NCBI GenBank assembly: GCA_965237525.1
Contig: CBDEFO010000008.1
Coordinates: forward strand, 960,001-1,024,000
DNA length: 64,000 bases
Direction of reading: 5' to 3'
Source: Candidatus Latescibacterota bacterium
Lineage (GTDB): Bacteria > Latescibacterota > CBDEFO01
In this document: piece after piece, positions 20,800 to 31,219 of the stretch
Numbering within the stretch: position 1 is the stretch's first letter
Layout: each line of letters begins with the position of its first letter
Translations under genes and position numbers: made by a program
The notes under the pieces: generated by a model
The model's input: only the letters and a program-made list of their open reading frames with translations
Database searches by the model: none
Told to the model about the DNA's origin: nothing

Positions 20800-21919
20800 C
20801 GTTGACCTCCTCAGTAAAAACTGACTTAATCTTTCCCCACGAATTAGCCTCCACAGCGGTCGGATCAGGATACTCTGGCATCGGCACGAAGAACAGACCG
20901 TCAGGTCTCCCCACGTAAAGACGCGATCTATCCCGGTCTAAGGCCAGAGCAAAAACAAAACCGTTCCATTCTTCAAAGTTCAACGGTTGGCTGCCCAAAG
21001 GCTGCCAGACAACTCCCCCATCAGTCGTGTAAAATACCCCCTGTGTAGTACCCGCATAGATAACACCAGGTGCGTGTGGATCTGGCAGCAGGCAGATAGT
21101 GTTTCCCCATTGAGGAAGCCGATATTCTTCAGTATCGATCGGAGGACCATACTCGAGTCCTTCCCAGGTATCGCCTTCGTCCAGACTCCGATATACGACC
21201 ACCGCTCTTTCATCCCCGATCACTCCTTGGCCAGCGTAGAAGATTTTATCGTCCGAAGAGAAAGCAAAGGTAGAACTCCTACTCACTATTGAAAGATCTT
21301 CCCAGGTCTCACCACTATCAGTGCTCCAACGGAAGGGTACGCCGGCCTTCATGGCAAAGATGGTACTACCGTCACTCGTCGCTGCGAGCTTTGTCCCCAA
21401 ATTGGTTCCGTAATCGATACGAGGTCTATACAATGCACGCCACTGGTTCCCTCCATCATCTGTACGGTAAACAGAGCCGACTGCATCTTGTGCCAATAAC
21501 AAGTCCGAATTAAGGGAACTTACCCAGATTTCATTTATACCACCCAAAGATATCCCCTGGTTGATCCCTATCCAGTGTCTTCCTCCATCTTCGCTGCGAA
21601 AGATACCCTCTTGCGAAGCTACATAGATCCGTGATGGATCGGAAGGATCAATGACGAGGCTGCGGATATTGAGAGCTGTCAAACCTTCATTCATCGCTTC
21701 TACTTCTCCAGTATCTGGATTTATGCGAAGGACCCCGACATGTTGACTTCCTTCAATACCCACGTAGACTAGGTTCCCACCAGGCACGACTGCAACCGCT
21801 CTCACGTAATTACTGATAATTGGGGCGGACATCTGGCCGTCTACTTGTGCAGCGATACCCACGATAACAAAAGTTATCGTAGCCAGAACCGTGGAAGGCT
21901 TCACTGCTCGTCTTCTCAT
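20789..21919 (-). CDS. Secreted BNR/Asp-box beta-propeller protein with C-terminal SWGKIK motif
   Basis: Signal peptide; repeated (S/T)xDxGxxW; ends AVEANSWGKIKSVF. Confidence 0.8.
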   Translation of the reverse strand: MRRRAVKPSTVLATITFVIVGIAAQVDGQMSAPIISNYVRAVAVVPGGNLVYVGIEGSQHVGVLRINPDTGEVEAMNEGLTALNIRSLVIDPSDPSRIYVASQEGIFRSEDGGRHWIGINQGISLGGINEIWVSSLNSDLLLAQDAVGSVYRTDDGGNQWRALYRPRIDYGTNLGTKLAATSDGSTIFAMKAGVPFRWSTDSGETWEDLSIVSRSSTFAFSSDDKIFYAGQGVIGDERAVVVYRSLDEGDTWEGLEYGPPIDTEEYRLPQWGNTICLLPDPHAPGVIYAGTTQGVFYTTDGGVVWQPLGSQPLNFEEWNGFVFALALDRDRSRLYVGRPDGLFFVPMPEYPDPTAVEANSWGKIKSVFTEEVNDDY

Positions 21920-22878
21920 TTTGTTTCATCACCTCCTTATAAGACAACTTCCATCAGAGATTCTAGAAGACCCCTTTTCTTGAGCATCGCTCCCTCCTTT
22001 CCTTCGTGTGAAACCATTGTAGCTTACGGCTTTATGAAAGGTCTTGATGTTAATAGCAGAAGACGTTTTAGCAAACAAATTAGGACTACCTATAGCTGTT
22101 ACGTAGAATTCGTGAAAGACACCGCATAGAAGTCATCAAGTTCTTTGCTTAATCAGGATAATGTTAGTAACCTATGTGTGTCATATACTAAAATTCCCAA
22201 GCTTTGTCAAGCTTTCTTTGATAACATATCTTCATTAATTTTACAGATATTTAGTATTTGTCAACTATTTTACAAATACTATAAGAAATTATTACCCCTC
22301 TACCTTAGTTAGATAGCTGAGATAGATAAAACATCCAAAACGTTTTTTGACTTTTTTTCGAAATTGAAGATAAAGTACAATGCCTTAAAGAGAGTGTTAG
22401 AAAGGTAAAGAGTTTGGATGAAATATCGCCTGGCGTGTTCGCTTATTTTTGCCCGTCAAGAACTCAAGTTGCATCCACCGCGGCATCTGCATCACCTTCT
22501 GGCCGATGGATGTGTTGAAGTTCGGGGATCAAAACGGTTGGAAATCACCTTACACTGAACTGCTTGAAATTCAAATGGAACACCTCATATATTGAGGAGT
22601 TTAAGAAAAGTAGACGAAGGCTCCCCTTTCCCCCTGTATGTTGCCGACTTCAAGAAGATGTCCTTACCCATTAATCTTCTCAGATTCTAACTCACTTGCG
22701 TAAATCCTTGTGCTCTTGAGAGTAATAGTATCCGCTTTCAAGGGCATATTTTTCCCAAAGATAGGGAAATTCTATATACATTCCGTTGGGGAACTAGATA
22801 TGCGGTACAATTAAAATCACTCTATTCAGCTTAATTTCAATTGCTTCTGAACATATAGGAGTACAATACGCTACATAA

Positions 22879-22893
22879 TGGCACAACTTTTGC
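22879..22893 (+). promoter_or_regulatory. Sigma54 -24/-12 promoter
   Basis: TGGCAC-N5-TTGC upstream of flgB. Confidence 0.75.
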
Positions 22894-22965
22894 GGTGATT
22901 CACATCGGTAATCCATCCTACTGAAATTTGTTTGCAACTCCAACGTGAAACCCACTTAGGTACCG

Positions 22966-23376
22966 ATGCTCGATAGAATCCTGTTTGATAAGACGAACGT
23001 CTCCTTTGTGGCAAAGGGGCTGGATGCCTCTGCAATGAGGCACAAATCTATCTCCGACAACGTGGCTAACGCTCTAACGCCTGGCTACAGAAGGACAAAG
23101 GTAAGGTTTGAAGAAGACTTGCACGGAGCGCTGAGACTTCAAGGATACAAGACTCATGGAAGACATGTACGACTGGGCAGAAAAACCCTAGCGGAAGTAC
23201 AGCCTAAAATGTACAGAGCTGAAGATACATCCGATGCGAGCGGTGTAAACAACGTAGATATTGAAAGAGAGATGGCTCACATGGCCAAAAACCAGATCTA
23301 TTACAACGCATTGGCTAAAATCATCAGCATGAAATTCACTGGACTCAGAACCGCCAGCAGAGGAAGAAGCGCCTAA
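22966..23376 (+). CDS. flgB: Flagellar basal-body rod protein FlgB
   Basis: ISDNVANALTPGY and NNVDIEREM...NQIYY motifs. Confidence 0.92.
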   Translation: MLDRILFDKTNVSFVAKGLDASAMRHKSISDNVANALTPGYRRTKVRFEEDLHGALRLQGYKTHGRHVRLGRKTLAEVQPKMYRAEDTSDASGVNNVDIEREMAHMAKNQIYYNALAKIISMKFTGLRTASRGRSA

Positions 23377-23389
23377 AAAGTAGACATTA

Positions 23390-24695
23390 GAGGTTATTTA
23401 TCAAATGAAATCGGTGCACTTCTCTTTCGATCTTTGATTGATCTTGAATGATAGGTTTTCGACAATCTTTGGTTTCTGTTCTTTTTCAAAATGGATGTAT
23501 AATTGTTCTTCTTTTAGGTTCCATTCAGCCAGGACAAAGTAGTTGGTGTAAGAGGAGGGAAGAGATACTTTCTCATTTAGGACATCGATAAAGGCTTTAT
23601 CTGTCTGTTCTGTGTCCTGTTTGACTTGTCTGATAAAATAGGTCTTGGGAATGAAATCTTTCTCGTTTGACTTCTCTTGCTTAGGTGGACGGTAGCCGGT
23701 GTATCTCTGTGATGAAAGATTAAACCATTCTAACTTCTGATCAACTTCTTGTAAGCTTTTGAACTGAATTCTGTTCCAGAACTTCCTTGAAAATACAGAA
23801 TTGTTGCCTTCTATAGATGCTTGAGAAAAGGGCCTTCTGGGAACGGCAAATATCGGAATCACTTGATTTTTCAAGAGAAACTGCATTGCTTTGCTGACAT
23901 TCCTTTTACCTGAAACACTGCCAATAGTCGCCGAGCAATTGTCCACCTTAACGAAATCTGGTTTTTCAAACCTGTCAAAGAAAGACTGACACTTCTCGAT
24001 AAAGTTAGTTGCTGTTTGACCGTCAACCCGCCGAAAATACCTTAACTTAGGCTCTTTCTTAAAGGAAAATCCAACGAAGTTGACCGGCTCAGTTCTGCCG
24101 GTAAGATACTTTTTACCAATAAAGTCTGATTCTAGGACTCTGCCTCCTGAAAGATAGTAAATGGTATACTCTGGATAACAAAGATAACGAGATGCACCCT
24201 TGTTTTTACCTTTCTTCCTTCTCTGGGAAAGTCCTAAATCTGAAAGCATTCTGCCGATAGTCGGCAACGACGGAGGAGGGGTGCTAGAATATCGATTCCT
24301 CCATTCTTGTTCAATAACAGTGGCTCCTGAATAGAACTGATAAGGATCGTCCTCTAAGCTATGGTAAATCTCTTTGATTCTCTGTTCGTCAACTTTAGCC
24401 AATTTTCGCCTTTTTCCTTTTGGCCAACCCCGATTATCCATGGCAAAATCCTGATCCGGAGATTTAGTCCAAGCCGTAACGAAATCATTGGAAACTCTCG
24501 CTTGTTTGATAACTTCTCGCTTTGACATTTCTTTCTTAAAATACATCTCGTTGACTTCTTGTCTTAATACGGCCAATCTCTCTTTGTCCATAGGACTCCG
24601 TAGATTAAAGTTAAGACAATCAACTCAACTTAATCTACTAATACTCTAAACAAAGATCAAATTAGGTGCACCGATTTCATTTGATATTCAACCTC
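23390..24695 (-). mobile_element. Insertion sequence, family uncertain (rve/IS481-like or ISNCY)
   Basis: ~30-bp imperfect IRs GAGGTT(ATT/GAA)TATCAAATGAAATCGGTGCAC; no target duplication visible. Confidence 0.8.
23401..24591 (-). CDS. DDE transposase / integrase-core protein
   Basis: N-terminal HTH-like region; LESDF, VKVDN, QASIEGNN as putative D-D-E. Confidence 0.75.
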   Translation of the reverse strand: MDKERLAVLRQEVNEMYFKKEMSKREVIKQARVSNDFVTAWTKSPDQDFAMDNRGWPKGKRRKLAKVDEQRIKEIYHSLEDDPYQFYSGATVIEQEWRNRYSSTPPPSLPTIGRMLSDLGLSQRRKKGKNKGASRYLCYPEYTIYYLSGGRVLESDFIGKKYLTGRTEPVNFVGFSFKKEPKLRYFRRVDGQTATNFIEKCQSFFDRFEKPDFVKVDNCSATIGSVSGKRNVSKAMQFLLKNQVIPIFAVPRRPFSQASIEGNNSVFSRKFWNRIQFKSLQEVDQKLEWFNLSSQRYTGYRPPKQEKSNEKDFIPKTYFIRQVKQDTEQTDKAFIDVLNEKVSLPSSYTNYFVLAEWNLKEEQLYIHFEKEQKPKIVENLSFKINQRSKEKCTDFI

Positions 24696-25470
24696 GAAAC
24701 CTAAGGAGACCTTCAACTCAATACTTTCGCTCATCAAAACAGTGGTGGACTACGAGTTCGGAACACTGTTTCTACTTAGGGAAGATCAAGGGGAACTGGA
24801 GATAGTGGCCAGCAAAGGCGAAGCTGTTGACCTCATCAACAAGGTCAACTTCGACCTTGGACGGGGCTTCTCCGCCTGGGTAGCCAGAAGTCAAAGACCG
24901 ATCCTTCTGTCCGACATACACAGGACAAAAAGATTTGAAGGAGACCGTATAAGGTGTTTTCTCTCCGTGCCTCTTGTCCTGGATAGCAAGAGTATAGGAG
25001 TTATGAACTTTGGTCATTCCGAACCTGGGAAATTCACAGAGAGCGACCTTGATCTTCTCAGTGTCATCGGTAGTCAGATCTCTTTGATAATTGAAAAGCT
25101 CAGTCTTGTGACAGAGCTCAGAGACACGACTATCAGATTAAGAGAGACAAACAAGCAACTGAAAGAAGCCCAGCAAAAGCTCATTGAATCTGAGAAGCTC
25201 ACAGCAATAGGTCAAGTTACAGCCAGTATAAATCACGAGATAAACAATCCCTTAACCGTGATTTCAGGAAACGTCCAACTCCTTTTGGCCACCGTGGACG
25301 ACGAACATGTTGTGGATAAGCTCAACATCATATTCCAACAGGCCGATAAGATTGCAGGGATCACCGAAAAACTCCGCAGCATGAAGAGCGTCGTCCTCGA
25401 GGAATATCTCCCGGGAGACGTTTCTATGATAGACATCAATAAGTCCTACGCCCAGGAGGTTGAAGCCTGA
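24696..25470 (+). pseudogene. GAF plus HisKA signalling protein, 5' end removed by IS
   Basis: Frame is open back to the IS end (KPKETFNSILSLIKTVVDY); GAF motifs; H-box SINHEINNPL; no HATPase domain. Confidence 0.7.
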
Positions 25471-25546
25471 CTCAAAATGCAGTGAGAGCAGTCGGCAGGC
25501 AGTAGACAGGGCGCCCTTCTCTCCCTGTTTGCTGCGTAGCTTGAAT

Positions 25547-26143
25547 TTATATGTACCCTAGATCCGACAGCCTTTCCTTGATCTCCTCCCTCTCATCTTG
25601 TGTGTACGCATCATCCGGCTCAAGATAGCCCAATTCCTCTAGTTTATCTATCACCTCTATAGCACACTCCTGGGGTGTAGTTCCCAGAGTATCCAGGATT
25701 ACGTCTGCGTTTGCCGGCTCTTGGTAGGGCTGGTGGAGTCCAGCTATGTCGTTTACCTCTCCCCTTTCGGCTCTGGTATATATCCCTTTGGGGTCTCTCC
25801 TTTGACATTCCTCCAATGGGCACCGCACCCAAACCTCCACGAAATTATCTATCATCCCCCTTGCGCGATCTCTGAAGCTGCGGAGGCTCGATACAGCAGC
25901 GACGAGTGTACAGACTCCATTTCTGCACAGAATATTGCTCAAGAAGGCCAGCCTCTTTGTGTTCTCGTCTCTGGCTTCGAGCGTGTAGCCCAGATTCGGA
26001 CTTATATTGGCTCTCACCTTGTCGGAGTCCAGATTTTCAACCTTTATTCCCCTATCTTTCAATCTCAGTTCTACTTCCATGGCTATAGTCGTCTTTCCAG
26101 ATGCCGGGACGCCCGTAAACCATACTGTAAAGCCTTTTTCCAC
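25547..26143 (-). CDS. cysC: Adenylyl-sulfate kinase
   Basis: WFTGVPASGKTT, RRDPKGIY; GTG start 26143 behind AAGGAG. Confidence 0.93.
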   Translation of the reverse strand: MEKGFTVWFTGVPASGKTTIAMEVELRLKDRGIKVENLDSDKVRANISPNLGYTLEARDENTKRLAFLSNILCRNGVCTLVAAVSSLRSFRDRARGMIDNFVEVWVRCPLEECQRRDPKGIYTRAERGEVNDIAGLHQPYQEPANADVILDTLGTTPQECAIEVIDKLEELGYLEPDDAYTQDEREEIKERLSDLGYI

Positions 26144-26183
26144 AGTGCTTTCTCCTTTAGTAGTTTTACTGGTTACGTTGCAA

Positions 26184-27335
26184 CTACTCCACAAAAGGGT
26201 TAGAGCTTCGGCTCAAGGCATCGAAGACATCCGGTCTCATTATCTCCTGGGGCGGCATTCTTCCTTCTAGTATGGACTTTCTTATGGCTGTGCCGCTGAA
26301 GTTGATGTGCTTGTCCTCTTCGTGAGGACACGTCCTGTCGCTGGATAGTTGCCTACAAACGGTGCAGTAGAAAAAGTCCCCCCTTATGGTTATGGGCTGT
26401 ATCTCCAAATCGTCGTACTCGTCGAATATCTCTATTGCGGCCTCAGGGTGATAGTAGTCTCCGACGCCTGCGTGGTCTCTGCCTATGATTATGTGCGTAC
26501 ACCCGTAGTTCTTCCTGACTATAGCGTGGAAGATAGCTTCCTTGGGACCTGCATATCTCATCCGGAAGGGGAGGATGTTCAAAAGGACCCTGTCCTTTGC
26601 GAAGTAATTTTCTATAAGCACCTTATAGGTCTCTATTATAATCTCGTCCTTGAAATCCCCCTTCTTCTTCTTGCCGATCACAGGCTGTATCAGAAGCCCA
26701 TCCACGAGCCCAAGGACTGTCTTTTGTAGATTTTCGTGTCCTCCGTGCGGAACATTCCTGGTCTGGAACGCCACCGTCGTCCTCCAACCTCTCTTTTCGA
26801 ATTCGGCTCGGGTTCCTTCGGGGGTCAGATTGTACTCTTTAAAGGGGTCAGGCATTTCTCGAAACAGGCTGATCTTTCCCCCTAGGAGCATATCTTTCAT
26901 GCGGTAAACCCCCTCCACGCCGGGGTGATTCCTGTCCGTCGTACCGAAGGTGGAAAGAGCCATATTTTCCTTATCACACGTATATTTTTCCTCTAAGTGC
27001 AAGATAGCCGCAGGCTCCCCATCTTTCTTTGCCAGCGCCACATCTTCTCCCTCCCTAAACCTACGAGCGTCCGATTCATCCACATCCAGAAGAATGGGGA
27101 TAGTCCAGGGCGTGTCGTCTTTAAGTCTGTCCTTTGAAAGGACGCTCTCCAGGTCGCTTCTTGAAAGGAAACCCTCAAGGGGACTGAAGACGCCCTTTGC
27201 TATGTTCTCGGCGTCCTGTAGGATTTCATCCTCGACCCTGGCTTGAGGCAGGGACTTCGTCCTCTCCTGCGCTGCTTCCTTTTCATCTCCATCTAATAAT
27301 CTGTTTATGAGCCTTCCACCATGAGGTCGAATCAT
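26184..27335 (-). CDS. sat: Sulfate adenylyltransferase
   Basis: PHGGRL, FQTRNVPHGGHE, IIGRDHAGVG. Confidence 0.95.
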   Translation of the reverse strand: MIRPHGGRLINRLLDGDEKEAAQERTKSLPQARVEDEILQDAENIAKGVFSPLEGFLSRSDLESVLSKDRLKDDTPWTIPILLDVDESDARRFREGEDVALAKKDGEPAAILHLEEKYTCDKENMALSTFGTTDRNHPGVEGVYRMKDMLLGGKISLFREMPDPFKEYNLTPEGTRAEFEKRGWRTTVAFQTRNVPHGGHENLQKTVLGLVDGLLIQPVIGKKKKGDFKDEIIIETYKVLIENYFAKDRVLLNILPFRMRYAGPKEAIFHAIVRKNYGCTHIIIGRDHAGVGDYYHPEAAIEIFDEYDDLEIQPITIRGDFFYCTVCRQLSSDRTCPHEEDKHINFSGTAIRKSILEGRMPPQEIMRPDVFDALSRSSNPFVE

Positions 27336-27356
27336 GTTTTTTGTCTCCAGCTATTA

Positions 27357-27607
27357 GCCCGATTAATTCATAAACTTGGTGGAGTCATTGCGAGGAGCAA
27401 AGCGGTCCCCGATTGGGTCTATCGGGGAAGCAATCTCAAGTTTTTATAGTGATCTCCTATGAGAGCCGGAGAGTATTACATGTACCACAGAATCGAGATT
27501 GCTTCGCCTTCGGCTCGCAATGACACCGAAGGTGGTTAAACGGCATAACTATAATATAATACAACCCTTTAATTAATACACGGCCTTTTTTTGTGAATTA
27601 TTCGGGT
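27357..27607. mobile_element. 251-bp MITE (copy 1), TA-flanked
   Basis: IRs CCCGATTAATTCA / TGAATTATTCGGG; highly similar to 54251-54501; contains a GTCATTGCGAG REP pair and a family-A hairpin at 27406-27428. Confidence 0.88.
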
Positions 27608-27625
27608 TAGGAGTTTTTTCTACTT

Positions 27626-29791
27626 TTACAAAAGCGAAGTCCCCTCCATCTCATCTGTTCTGGGTATCCCGAAGCACTTTAGGATTGTAGGAGCTATATC
27701 TATCTGACGCGGGCTTTGGACATTTGACTTTTGATTTATAAGGAATATTCCGGGGATATAACTCGGATCTATCAGATGATCGCCGGACCATTTCTTATTA
27801 TTATCTTCAATGAGTCCTTTAGGAGTCCCGCCGATAGCCGTCTGCCAGGAGAACCGATAGCCCTCTCTAAATCCGACCACCAAATCGGGCGATTGATCGG
27901 CATAGGGGCCCCTGTAGAGTTCCTCTTTCGTGTAGATGCGCTTTACTACGAGCTGGCCTGTTTTCGGGTCTTTCAACTGCATAAGCGCATCTTTTATCTC
28001 ATCCCTTACCTTTTTTGCCTCTTCCCCATCTTCTACTATTCCAACTCCCTCCCTGCCTTTCAAATTGAGATAGATGCTCCCGAATCCTAAAGCGTAAGCC
28101 TGCGTTCCTCTCCAGTTGACATTCTGGAACAGCGCATAGTCTTCTCCCTGCTGGGGCGGATGCTTTAGATCCATAAAGCCGCTCTTTGCCAGCCATGAGT
28201 TGAGATGTACTGCTCTCCTGAAGGAGGAAAATCCATGGTCTGAGACGATGATAAGGACTGTCTGTTCATCCACATATTCTAACACTCTTCCGAGGATTCT
28301 GTCCATGCGGCGATAATAGTCACCGATGACGTCGCTGTACTTTTTCGCTATTTCCTCATCATAGATGGGGTGCTCGGGGTCCCTCGTCCGCCAGAACATG
28401 TGCTGTATCCTGTCGGTGGTATCGAACACGAACGCCAAGAGCCCTTTGTCAAAGCGATCCAGCTCGTGCCACAACATCTTTTCCCTTTCGGACATTATCT
28501 GGTCGCACATCTCCAAAAAAGCGTCCTCATCCAAGCGACCCTCTGACAGAGCCTTCGTGTCTTCGGGCATCCCCAAGGTGTGATAGCAGCCGATGTTTTG
28601 GGCAAGCTCTTTGGCGTACTCGTCTGGATAAGTGATCGGAAAAGCCGTGTTCTCAGGATCCACCTGAACGGGCGAAAGGTAAAGTCCTAACTCGGGCTTT
28701 ACGCTCGAAAGATAAAAGCGACCGATGCCCGCTGTGCGTTTTAAAAACCCCAGATTGAAATCGAGCTTGATCCAGTCGCTCCACTCTTTCTCCTTAAGGG
28801 AGTATGACTTGCCGTCGATGTCCAAAGTTACGCCTGAATCTTCGTTGTGGATGTTTATCTTCATGGGGATCTCGACGTCCCTTTTCCCCTTTATCTTTGA
28901 GACAGTAGGACCTGAGATGGACGTCTTGATAGTGCGGCTGTTCAGAGCAACCTGTATGACCTTCTCCCTGCCCTCCTCATCTTCGGACACCTGACGAGTC
29001 GTGTAAAAAGCGTAGCGCCCTAAATTACCCCTTATGTCAGGGACCCCAAGTCCAGAAAACATATGTCCTTTAACCTCTTCAGGCGGGAATGTGACGGGCC
29101 ATCTGATTACGCTTGTAGGGATGCCAGCTTTGGACGTGACCTCCCAAAAGGCCGTGCCCTTCCGCGTGCGTAAGAACATTGATTCTCTTGAAGCGAGGAT
29201 ATTCTTTTTGTTAATCTTCATCAGTGAGAGATCGGGCAGGTATTTTTTCGGATCTCTGATGATGAAATCGAATATTCCGTGATAGCCGGGGTTACTTCCA
29301 GTGGCCATCGAGGACCAGGCTACTGGACTTTGAGCCGGGTTGCTGGTAGAAAGGGGTCTGAACATCCCCTCGTTTCTTAGCTTGTCAAAGTTGGGTAGCT
29401 CACCTACCTCCATCAGATCCTCTAATAAATTCGGATCGAGGCCGTCTATCCCTAAGACTATGACTCTTTCGAATTTAACATCGGACATTGCGATTTCGTC
29501 TCCTTCCCCTTCAAAAATAAAGGCGACCGCTACAGCTACAACTGCCAAAAACGTTACAGACAGGATGGGTACAGCTACCTTGGGTTTTTCTCTGCAATTT
29601 CTGGTGATAAATTTGAATAATCTTACAAAAGGTCGGATTAAGAAGCCGAAGAAGAGGAGTATCCCACCGATTATGGGCGCAAGGACGGAGAACACGTAGC
29701 CCGTCGTACCCGGGTCTATGTATCCGTACGCCTCATCTGAAAACAGAATCAGTACTAGGACGGCCTTTCCTATGAGCATCAATATGTTCAT
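27626..29791 (-). CDS. Alkaline-phosphatase-superfamily (nucleotide pyrophosphatase/phosphodiesterase) membrane-anchored protein
   Basis: LGIDGLD, SPVAWSS.ATG.NPG.HGIFDF, DRIQH, SDHGF, SGDH; N-terminal YIDPGT plus TM segments. Confidence 0.88.
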   Translation of the reverse strand: MNILMLIGKAVLVLILFSDEAYGYIDPGTTGYVFSVLAPIIGGILLFFGFLIRPFVRLFKFITRNCREKPKVAVPILSVTFLAVVAVAVAFIFEGEGDEIAMSDVKFERVIVLGIDGLDPNLLEDLMEVGELPNFDKLRNEGMFRPLSTSNPAQSPVAWSSMATGSNPGYHGIFDFIIRDPKKYLPDLSLMKINKKNILASRESMFLRTRKGTAFWEVTSKAGIPTSVIRWPVTFPPEEVKGHMFSGLGVPDIRGNLGRYAFYTTRQVSEDEEGREKVIQVALNSRTIKTSISGPTVSKIKGKRDVEIPMKINIHNEDSGVTLDIDGKSYSLKEKEWSDWIKLDFNLGFLKRTAGIGRFYLSSVKPELGLYLSPVQVDPENTAFPITYPDEYAKELAQNIGCYHTLGMPEDTKALSEGRLDEDAFLEMCDQIMSEREKMLWHELDRFDKGLLAFVFDTTDRIQHMFWRTRDPEHPIYDEEIAKKYSDVIGDYYRRMDRILGRVLEYVDEQTVLIIVSDHGFSSFRRAVHLNSWLAKSGFMDLKHPPQQGEDYALFQNVNWRGTQAYALGFGSIYLNLKGREGVGIVEDGEEAKKVRDEIKDALMQLKDPKTGQLVVKRIYTKEELYRGPYADQSPDLVVGFREGYRFSWQTAIGGTPKGLIEDNNKKWSGDHLIDPSYIPGIFLINQKSNVQSPRQIDIAPTILKCFGIPRTDEMEGTSLL

Positions 29792-30043
29792 TCTGAAAGT
29801 TCCTTAATAATAAGAACCATGAGATCGCATACCTTCAACGGGTACATATTGCCTTTGAAGCTAATCATTTAAAATCTAAAGATACAGAGATCTTCGCAGT
29901 GATCCAACTCACGTCATCGAAAAATTTGGTCTTCGCCCAAGCAGGGTCCTGGTAAGAGTGTGCAAGTAGCGTGGGAGTAGTGTAAGCGATAAATATAAGC
30001 CAGGATTTAGAAATGTCAACATATTTGATCTCTTCAAAGAAGA

Positions 30044-31219
30044 GTAAAGACACATGGTATCCACCCTCACGGGATAATTTTGCCTATATTTAGGTGAGGA
30101 CTGAAAAAAGGAGGGTAGATACCATGGAGAACGCTATCAGTTACAGTGATGTTCTTGTTCTTAATCCTAATCCTGTTGATCTTCGTATCAAGATGGTTCA
30201 GACTGCTCAGCTATACGGTGTCTCGTATGCTGCAAGGGCTTTTAATACAACACGCAAGAGCATAAGAAAATGGCTGAAACGTTATCTTGAAGACCGATCC
30301 GTAAAGAGTCTAGAAAATCATACGAAAGCACCCATAAACCCTCACTCTTTGTTACCGGAGGAGATCAGAAAGCTGATTGTAAAGTTCCGACAGACCCATC
30401 CTTCTTTGGGATATCCGTATCTATTGGGTTTTCTCCAAAAACAAAATGTTCCCACTGACCAAATCCCCTCCAAACAGACTGCCTATGCTATCTGGAAAAA
30501 ACACAATCTCATAAAGAAACGCACGCGAAAATGGAAGAGAAAGGCACTTGTCTGCCAGTGGAAAAAGAAACTACGCCCCTTTGAACATATCCAGATCGAT
30601 GTCAAACATCTGTGCGATATCCCCAACTACCTGAAACAACATTACAAGACAGGTGCCCAACTCCCTATGTTTGAGTATACTGCCAGAGATATCAAGACAG
30701 GCGGTCTTTTTGTAAGCCTGGCAGACGAACAGAGCCTGATCAACTCCTGCATCTTGGCCGAAGCATTACTCCAACACCTGGAAGACCACAAGGTCTATCC
30801 ACGAAAGATCCAAACCGACAACGGCAGCCAATTCGTCAATACAAAGGATGCCCTCAAAAAGACCCTCTTTACCGACCTCATCCAACAAAGAGGCGTAAAA
30901 CATAAACGCATCCCACCAGGGGCTACTACATACCAATCCGATGTAGAACGCGCCCACGGCCTAATCGAATATGAATTCTACGACACCATCAAGACTACCA
31001 ACCGTGCCAACCTCTGCCGGAAACTCCAAACCTATCAATGGTTGTTCAATACCCAAAGACATAATAGCTATAAAGACTTCAAAAGCCCTTTACAAATAAC
31101 CACCCAACACCAACCCACAGAAAACCTCGACCCTCAACTTTTTAACTTCCCAGTCTTGATCCTTGACTCTCTTCTCTCTATCTTTATCAAGGGTGGATAC
31201 CATGTGCCTTTACCCGACA
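30044..31219 (+). mobile_element. IS481-family element
   Basis: IRs GTAAAG(A/G)CACATGGTATCCACCCT; right end terminates in CA, left tip degenerate. Confidence 0.8.

Noticed and set aside
22420..22570. GC-richer patch in the AT-rich spacer before flgB as a riboswitch
   Set aside because: No recognisable riboswitch consensus; cannot be supported without an Rfam scan
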